A stretch of 64,000 nucleotides of DNA, taken from IMG/VR virus record IMGVR_UViG_3300027193_000501, positions 101,922-165,921 of that record, one strand, 5' to 3'. Positions 57,813-64,000 of the stretch are shown here, piece after piece. Made by a program: the position numbers and the translations under genes. The DNA is from a virus. Taxonomy: Duplodnaviria; Caudoviricetes. The notes beneath the pieces were generated by a model. It was not told the origin of the DNA, made no database searches, and saw only the letters and a list, made by a program, of their open reading frames with translations. How positions within the stretch are numbered: the stretch's first letter is position 1; every line of letters starts with the position of its first letter.

Positions 57813-58070
57813 ATGATTGAACAATTGCACTATGTAGATGCATCCAATATCTTTACAGCTATTGAGATGGATCAGGGTGACGTGAATGAGTTCTTGGAGC
57901 GGTTTACATACAGTGATAACATTACAAAACCGATTATCCAAAAATTCGCTTTCATTCGTAGCCTTAATGGTTTCTTGGAATCTGTTGCTAATGGTGAACA
58001 AATTAAAAGCGATCTGAAGGAATACTCGCTATACAATCTTATGCAATGCGGGTTTGTTTGTATCGACTAG
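57813..58070 (+). CDS. Cassette hypothetical protein (inverted relative to neighbours)
   Basis: Promoter after site 57710; shared terminator before site 58129. Confidence 0.65.
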   Translation: MIEQLHYVDASNIFTAIEMDQGDVNEFLERFTYSDNITKPIIQKFAFIRSLNGFLESVANGEQIKSDLKEYSLYNLMQCGFVCID

Positions 58071-58266
58071 ACTTATCATATCCCTTGATCATTGTCAAGG
58101 GATATTTCTTTTTATTTAAAGCTGTGTCTTAGGTCTGTAAACAGCCCTAACCTGCAGTAGAATATAATAAGAATAATGGTAATAGGTATTATGAATAATA
58201 TATATGCTGTGTTAACAATGTGGGCAATCGTGTTTATAATATTAGTAGTGGAGAATATTATAGAAC

Positions 58267-58578
58267 ATGATAGTTAATTTGCTGGGCAGGACAGTTTCGG
58301 TTTATTCTAATAATCATTTTATCACATTATTAGCAGATATGCCAAAAGCAGAAATATTTTATTCTACCCTTGACACCATAGACATTTCAGGATATACTGT
58401 TAACATCAAAGAGATCAAAGAGATAAAGATACCTGAACCACAACAAGGCATATATTATTTAGTGGACAAAACAATAGCCTTATCTTTACACAGGGATGAT
58501 CTTTTATATCTGGGCAAGCCTCTCTTATATAATGATAAAGGTGAGCCCATATCTGCTTTTTTATTAGAGAAGTGTTAG
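58267..58578 (+). CDS. Conserved hypothetical protein
   Basis: IPEPQQGIYYLV...RDDLL...NDKG.I. Confidence 0.6.
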   Translation: MIVNLLGRTVSVYSNNHFITLLADMPKAEIFYSTLDTIDISGYTVNIKEIKEIKIPEPQQGIYYLVDKTIALSLHRDDLLYLGKPLLYNDKGEPISAFLLEKC

Positions 58579-58835
58579 GGGGGTATATTTGAATTTTAGA
58601 TACTATATGGATCCGCACACCGGCAATTTAATTTTCATACCCTCACTAATCGGCAAGTATATTCTCACAGACTATAGGGGGGGCTATATAAATAATTGAA
58701 TTCCCAGAAATAGCCTAGTATCTTTTCTGAAATTTCTGGAATTTAATTTTCTGGAATGTTATGGGGGGCTATAAATTTAATTGAATTCCCCAGAAATATA
58801 ACCATCCTTTTTTTTGTATGTGGTATTATAGAGAT

Positions 58836-59744
58836 ATGAATTTTTCAGAATTGAATCTAGTAAAACTAAACAATTATAATCATTTAGTTCCTGACCCGTA
58901 TATAGATGATTTTTTGGATAAGATGGTTGTTTTGCGTGAATTTGCCGAAAAATATGATAGTTCTATTAGCAAAAAAGAAAAATTATCATCTGATTATAAG
59001 AACACTCAAATATATATTGAAAAGTGCAAAAAAATCCATGGTAATAAGTATTGTTATCCCTACACTGTTTATCTTAATGAAAACACTGATGTAATCGTGT
59101 TTTGTAAGACTTGTGTAAGATTTTTCCATCAGACACCAAATGAGCATATTCAAAATGGTTGTTCATATTGTAAAAGAATGGATCAATTGGCAAGGAAAGA
59201 AATATCGCAATCAGATTTCGAAATAATAGCTAAAAAACGTCATAAACACACTAATTATGATTCTATTAGATTTAAATCTTATAATCATATTGTAGAGAAT
59301 ATTCTTTGCACTTTATGTGGTGAATATTTTGATATTTTAGGTCATGCTCACATTAGACCAGTAAAGCCTGATGGATGCCCTAATTGTAGTAGAAGTAAGG
59401 CTAAAATACGTGCTGAGAAATATTTGATTAAAAAAGGAATTAATTTTGATAAACAGTTTAAAGATCCAACATTAAATTTTGTAAATGATTTGAAGATAGA
59501 TTTCATGTTAAAATTTGATGATTTTATGTTAGCGATTGACTTAAATGGCAAGCATCATTATAAGCATGTCAATATAACTAAGAACATGGAATTGAATATA
59601 AGAAATTTAGAGCTATATAAGCATGGTGATACGTCTAAGGTTCATTGGTGTTTTAAGAGAGGTATACCTTTATTAGTGATTTCTTATTTGGATTTCAATA
59701 TAATACCAGAATTGATTGAAGAGTTTATTAAGGAAGATGTTTAA
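58836..59744 (+). CDS. Zn-ribbon-repeat / PD-(D/E)xK homing-endonuclease-like protein
   Basis: KKIHGNKY.Y..., GCPNC..SK, Q...L.IDF...AIDLNG.HHY. Confidence 0.7.
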   Translation: MNFSELNLVKLNNYNHLVPDPYIDDFLDKMVVLREFAEKYDSSISKKEKLSSDYKNTQIYIEKCKKIHGNKYCYPYTVYLNENTDVIVFCKTCVRFFHQTPNEHIQNGCSYCKRMDQLARKEISQSDFEIIAKKRHKHTNYDSIRFKSYNHIVENILCTLCGEYFDILGHAHIRPVKPDGCPNCSRSKAKIRAEKYLIKKGINFDKQFKDPTLNFVNDLKIDFMLKFDDFMLAIDLNGKHHYKHVNITKNMELNIRNLELYKHGDTSKVHWCFKRGIPLLVISYLDFNIIPELIEEFIKEDV

Positions 59745-59874
59745 AGAATCTTGGTGTCAGATATAATAAATGTTCCTAATTATGTCTTGGGCAATTTGTT
59801 ATATGAATTAAAGAAGATGAAGAAGATGTAAAAAAGAGAGATCTTAAGATCTCTCTTTTTGTTCTAATAACTTT

Positions 59875-60528
59875 TTACTTTGGTGTCTGCACTGGTTGTT
59901 GTGTTTGGTTAGGTTGATATTGTTTCATTATTGAATTATATTTATTTACAAGTTCAGACCATTTATATATAGTATTTTGTGAACTATTTAAACTTCTTTG
60001 ATAACCACTCATTGCAAGTGAATCATTTGGGTTGAATGGATTATGAAGTTTCAGTATTTGGTTAAACGCATTTTGCAATTGAGTTTGTAAGGTTTTGTTT
60101 TGATGCAAAATATTATTACACATCACAATAGATTGAAAACTATTTTGAGATTGTTGTAATGGTGCTCCCGAATCTCTTTTTCTATTTATTTCTTTCATTA
60201 TAGAATTAATTTTTCCAATATTATTGTAAATCTCGTAGTAAATTTTATTGAATTGATCACTTAATGGTTTATAGTTTCTATAATTTGATTCATTATTTTG
60301 ACCCTGACCCCAAAATTGTTGCATATTTCCAGGCTGTTGGGGTGCTTGATTAGGTTGTTGAGTAGTTTGCTGAAAATTGTTATATAGTGTATTGAGATTC
60401 GATTGCCCAGTTTGTTGTGCCACTCTTGTCATTATATTAGTAAGAGTATTTGCTTCTTCATATAATCCATTTTTATCTAGGTTATTAGCTATATTATTAA
60501 GAGAAGCTAATATTTGTTTTTTATTCAT
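59875..60528 (-). CDS. Q/N-rich protein with 'IANxLD' leader
   Basis: MNKKQILASLNNIANNLDKNGLYEEANTLTNIMTRVAQ. Confidence 0.7.
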   Translation of the reverse strand: MNKKQILASLNNIANNLDKNGLYEEANTLTNIMTRVAQQTGQSNLNTLYNNFQQTTQQPNQAPQQPGNMQQFWGQGQNNESNYRNYKPLSDQFNKIYYEIYNNIGKINSIMKEINRKRDSGAPLQQSQNSFQSIVMCNNILHQNKTLQTQLQNAFNQILKLHNPFNPNDSLAMSGYQRSLNSSQNTIYKWSELVNKYNSIMKQYQPNQTQQPVQTPK

Positions 60529-60634
60529 TCTAAGTTATTCCACTAAAGATCTTATTATATATATTCATTTGTAAATATTTATATCCTTTTATTTGGGAAG
60601 CTTTCGGGTCTCTCTTTTTTTGTATATATATGGT

Positions 60635-61432
60635 ATGGCTGCAATTATATCACCGGAAGAAATTGATTTACGTGCTTATGACAATAATAAGACTATAATT
60701 TGTGAAGTTGAAAAGAGACGTACATACAGATATTTTAAGACTAAATGTAATTTGTGTGGTATAGAAAAAGAACAACGAATAAATGAGTTTTATCTCTGTA
60801 AAGGATGTGCGATAAATAAATCGATAATTAAAAAAACTAAAGATACACCATTGTTTATAGAACAATCAATAAAAGTTCATGGATATAAATATGATTATAG
60901 TGGATCATATTATGAAAATTATAGTATACCGTTAGAAATAAAATGTAATGATTGTAATACTGTATTTTATCAAAGACCTTATATTCATATAAGAGGTTCG
61001 GGTTGTCCAATATGTAATGAATCTAAAGGTGAATTGTATTTAAAAAAGATATTAAAAGAAAATAATATAGAATTTAACCCTCAGCATCCATTTCCAGGTC
61101 TTAGAAATATAAACCCGCTCAAATGTGATGTATATATTCCAATTGTTAATCTAGTAATCGAAGTAGATGGAGACGGTCACAGAAAGGCTATTTTTGGATC
61201 CACTCCTGAAGCAAAACAAAAGAATTTAGAAGATACTATTAGAAACGATGCTATTAAAGATAAATATTGTGAAGAACATGAGATTAATATTTGTAGAATT
61301 CCTTATTCGAGTTCTGACAAGGATTTAAGTTTTATTGGAGAGATAGCAATGAATTGTTATAATGATCTTAGAATAAAATATAATATCAATATGTTAGATT
61401 TTAACAATGAGGAAAATGTAAATGTCTTATAA
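60635..61432 (+). CDS. Zn-ribbon / Vsr-like PD-(D/E)xK homing-endonuclease-like protein
   Basis: KVHGYKYDY, GCPICNESKGE, LKCDVYI...IEVDGDGH, D.IKD.YC...I.RIPY. Confidence 0.75.
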   Translation: MAAIISPEEIDLRAYDNNKTIICEVEKRRTYRYFKTKCNLCGIEKEQRINEFYLCKGCAINKSIIKKTKDTPLFIEQSIKVHGYKYDYSGSYYENYSIPLEIKCNDCNTVFYQRPYIHIRGSGCPICNESKGELYLKKILKENNIEFNPQHPFPGLRNINPLKCDVYIPIVNLVIEVDGDGHRKAIFGSTPEAKQKNLEDTIRNDAIKDKYCEEHEINICRIPYSSSDKDLSFIGEIAMNCYNDLRIKYNINMLDFNNEENVNVL

Positions 61433-61808
61433 AATATTAAAAGATTTAAACAAGGTTATTTTAGAGTTAGAGAGAGTTGGTAATAGAGAAGCATCAAAGT
61501 TGCACAGTTTATTTGTTAAAATTGCCGATGTAGATTTATTCTGTACTAAATGTGGTAAAGAGATGGGCAAATATTCATCTATGTGTGGTGCTTGTGGTAA
61601 TTTTGGAGCGGGGAAACCTTTTGATTATTCTGTAGGGGTAGAGCAAAAAGATCCAAATAGTGAGGAAGCTTTTTCTTGGAGACCTGGTACTAAAGATGAA
61701 AAAAAAGAATATTTAGAATTCGATCGAGGACAATTATTTTGTGAACATTGTGGAAATAAAACAAGTCCTTATTCATCCATGTGCTCTAAATGTGGTAAAA
61801 GTAAATAA
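61422..61808 (+). CDS. Double Zn-ribbon protein with divergent 'IANxLD'-type leader
   Basis: Two LFCxxCG....YSSMCxxCG repeats. Confidence 0.65.
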   Translation: MSYKILKDLNKVILELERVGNREASKLHSLFVKIADVDLFCTKCGKEMGKYSSMCGACGNFGAGKPFDYSVGVEQKDPNSEEAFSWRPGTKDEKKEYLEFDRGQLFCEHCGNKTSPYSSMCSKCGKSK

Positions 61809-61848
61809 TTTATTACAAAAAAGGGAGAATAAATTCTCCCTTTTTTAT

Positions 61849-62097
61849 TTAATCTCTCGGATCCCAGAATGGATTATTTCTTTTATATTTTTCTTCAGCT
61901 ATAGCCACCCCAATATTATTCTTATAGCCTTCGATCATTCTTTTTACGAGTGATTGCCATTGATCTAAAAAAGCGGTCATATTAGCGGCACCAGCATTGT
62001 TTTTATATTGTTCGAATGCTTTTACTATACCTTGTTCTGTTATAGCTTCATTTAGCTCATCTGTTGTATATTTGGTTTTAAGTAATTGATCTGTCAT
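61849..62097 (-). CDS. Hypothetical protein
   Basis: ORF between terminators. Confidence 0.6.
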   Translation of the reverse strand: MTDQLLKTKYTTDELNEAITEQGIVKAFEQYKNNAGAANMTAFLDQWQSLVKRMIEGYKNNIGVAIAEEKYKRNNPFWDPRD

Positions 62098-62179
62098 GTA
62101 TATATATTATCATAGATTATTAGGATCTGACAAAAAAAAGAGGGAGATTTTATTCTCCCTCTTTTTTATATATCTATAT

Positions 62180-62608
62180 TTATTCTTTGCTTCTCTTATT
62201 TGAAAGATATTGATTAAATAAGGCACCTAAAGCTTCTGATCCAACCGACACACCGAATTCTTTTAAGTCTTGGTTTAGTTTTGAAATAGCTTCTTGCATT
62301 CCTTCGCTTTCTAAGACATCAAGAATAGCTAATACTAAAGATTGTAAATTACCACCACGGAAATATTGTTTTGCTGCTTCATTACCTCTTAGTAATCTAG
62401 CAATTTTTTCCATAATTTCTCTTACGACGTTTTTATTTCTATCTCCGTATTCTTCTTTTTTTGGTTCCATGACAGCTAATTCCGGTGGCATACTTTGAGC
62501 TATTTTCTTCATAACTCCGGTGATTGATGTAGCTTCTTTATATGAGCCTGTATTATCTAATTCATTAGCAATCTTATTTAGGGATGCTAGAATTTGTCTT
62601 TTATTCAT
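62180..62608 (-). CDS. Protein with 'IANxLD' leader
   Basis: MNKRQILASLNKIANELDNTGSYKEATSITGVMKKIAQ. Confidence 0.75.
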   Translation of the reverse strand: MNKRQILASLNKIANELDNTGSYKEATSITGVMKKIAQSMPPELAVMEPKKEEYGDRNKNVVREIMEKIARLLRGNEAAKQYFRGGNLQSLVLAILDVLESEGMQEAISKLNQDLKEFGVSVGSEALGALFNQYLSNKRSKE

Positions 62609-62635
62609 ATTTTTTTCCTTTTTATTTGTGGCTGT

Positions 62636-62983
62636 TTAATTCAGTATTCTCTCAAGTTCATTCTTGATTTCTATTACTCTATTAAGTTCTTCTTCTGAAA
62701 TTGAAATACCAACCATATCTTCCATATCCTGTATAGCTTCATTTAATGCATCAATAACATTATTATTATTATTATTTGCTTTATACTTTTCAAAAAGGTT
62801 GTCAGAAGACTGTAAATCTATTCGATCAGTCATAAATCCATCAGGATCTTTTTTAAAAGCATCCATATCAGAAGCTAATCTTTTCATAACTTTTGTAACT
62901 GTACTAGCTTCTGCATAAAGTCTACTATTATCTAATTCATTCGCAATCTTATTTAAAGATGCTAAAATTTGTCTTTTATTCAT
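62636..62983 (-). CDS. Protein with 'IANxLD' leader
   Basis: MNKRQILASLNKIANELDNSRLYAEASTVTKVMKRLAS. Confidence 0.75.
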   Translation of the reverse strand: MNKRQILASLNKIANELDNSRLYAEASTVTKVMKRLASDMDAFKKDPDGFMTDRIDLQSSDNLFEKYKANNNNNNVIDALNEAIQDMEDMVGISISEEELNRVIEIKNELERILN

Positions 62984-63004
62984 TTGTTTTTCCTTTGGGT
63001 ATAA

Positions 63005-63637
63005 TTACTTTATATAATTTGTAAGAATATAAGTAATTCGGTCTGCTTTCTTGTATTGTTCGGTTTGATCATAATAAGCTGCTAACTTGACAATTTTATT
63101 ATAATTTTTGGATATTCTTCTGTTGAGAGCTTCATTAAAATTGTTCATATTTGGTGAGAACATTTCGGTTTCTGCTTCTGCTCTTGATTTTGATTCATCT
63201 ACATTATCAGCAACATCATCAAAATATGTTTTTTCAAATGTTTCTTTTTGTGTACTAAATATATCTATTAAGTAATTAATATCAGAGTTTGTAATTGTGA
63301 TATTTTTTAATTCGCTTAAGTACATATATAATTGTGTTGGGACATCATGTTTAGATAATTCAACTAGGGAATCAAAAATTGTTTTAATCACTTCTGGGTC
63401 ATTATTAGGTGTTTTTTTAAATTCTTGATATTGATTTAGCCATCCCATATAATTTTGTTCTAGCTTATCTACTTCATTTTGTAATTTAGTATTTGATTCA
63501 TCAGATGATAAGGCTTGTCTAGCTTCATTTAGATTTTTTAACCTATCATTCATCATCCATCTATAGAATTCTAACTTAGTTCTAATTCCGCCAGGTTTAT
63601 AAGTATCATTGTTATAATATTTGCTATATTTGTTCAT
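63005..63637 (-). CDS. Hypothetical protein with the leader-like motif at its C-terminus
   Basis: KIVKLAAYYDQTEQYKKADRIT. Confidence 0.65.
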   Translation of the reverse strand: MNKYSKYYNNDTYKPGGIRTKLEFYRWMMNDRLKNLNEARQALSSDESNTKLQNEVDKLEQNYMGWLNQYQEFKKTPNNDPEVIKTIFDSLVELSKHDVPTQLYMYLSELKNITITNSDINYLIDIFSTQKETFEKTYFDDVADNVDESKSRAEAETEMFSPNMNNFNEALNRRISKNYNKIVKLAAYYDQTEQYKKADRITYILTNYIK

Positions 63638-63640
63638 AAT

Positions 63641-64000
63641 TTAGTAATTGTATGGATTTAGGATATCTTCGTCTTCTTCTTCCATGATCGGATAATCTTT
63701 ATTATCTTTTTTATCTTTAATAAGATCAGGAATTATTTGTTTATCGTTAATTAAATCTTCTTCTTCATCTTCTTCAAAACTATCCCAATATGGTGGTTTT
63801 GGTGGTTGTCCTGCTCCGCCACCTGATAATTGTGGTTTAGGAGATTTTGGTTTCATTTCTTCATCTGGAAAAAATTCGCCTTTACCAAACATAGGCTCAT
63901 CATCTTCCATAAATAGTGGTTTATCAGCTATTTTTCTCATAACATTTGTAAGAGATGTAGCTTCTCTATGTAAACCTGTATTATCTAAATGATTAGCTAT
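63641..64000 (-). CDS. Protein with 'IANxLD' leader, 5'-truncated
   Basis: Frame reads IANHLDNTGLHREATSLTNVMRKIAD from the window edge. Confidence 0.7.
   Translation of the reverse strand: MANHLDNTGLHREATSLTNVMRKIADKPLFMEDDEPMFGKGEFFPDEEMKPKSPKPQLSGGGAGQPPKPPYWDSFEEDEEEDLINDKQIIPDLIKDKKDNKDYPIMEEEDEDILNPYNY

Larger units (their letters stand above)
47947..58150. repeat. Array of 15 dispersed 22-bp palindromes TTAGGYTTGT-(AA/TT)-ACAARCCTAA, flanked by CTG-N4 / N4-CAG
   Basis: Cores start at 47947, 49550, 50046, 50846, 53331, 53774, 54197, 54616, 55393, 55745, 56176, 56664, 57299, 57710 and 58129 (degenerate). Confidence 0.95.

Noticed and set aside
47947-58150. CRISPR array interpretation of the palindromic repeats
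   Set aside because: Intervals are 0.33-2.5 kb and contain whole genes with promoters; repeat orientation alternates; no cas genes in the window
47947-58150. Protelomerase (hairpin telomere) sites
   Set aside because: The centres are asymmetric (AA/TT), and 15 copies would fragment the genome
58818-58835. MWYY start as a sixth MWY-leader protein
   Set aside because: ATGTGGTATTAT here is an extended -10 box (TGTGG-TATTAT) 6 nt before a leaderless ATG at 58836
1-64000. Stop-codon reassignment as seen in some large phages
   Set aside because: Recognisable genes are full length in code 11; TAG and TGA terminate genes at expected ends; no suppressor tRNA seen

Overview
AT-rich fragment of a large (jumbo-type) tailed phage genome, standard genetic code, with no capsid, terminase or polymerase gene in the window. 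(1) 1-8.2 kb and 59.9-64 kb hold probable virion-internal/late proteins that share two families of N-terminal leaders. (2) 8.2-17.4 kb is a minus-strand operon with a tandem array of Tad2/DUF2829-like anti-defence sponge genes (10 genes in the window), plus a P-loop kinase, Nmad1/DUF1599, GMP reductase-like, ClpP and Hsp20. (3) A ~1.4 kb non-coding region at 19.9-21.3 kb shows a skew inversion and is followed by a dense one-strand cluster of TTCGAG (candidate replication origin). (4) 21-47 kb is an early/accessory region: NrdG-like radical SAM, methyltransferase, ECF sigma, UvsE, rIIA/rIIB, Dam, a second ClpP-like protein, RusA, HNH, 5 tRNAs and several structured ncRNA candidates, with many leaderless sigma70 promoters. 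(5) 47.9-58.2 kb is an array of 15 copies of a 22-bp palindrome with an asymmetric AA/TT centre, separating mostly single-gene cassettes that carry their own promoter and terminator, in both orientations. The best candidates for undescribed systems are this integron/shufflon-like cassette array and the diversified Tad2-like array. All family calls are from motif recognition by eye; no searches were run.
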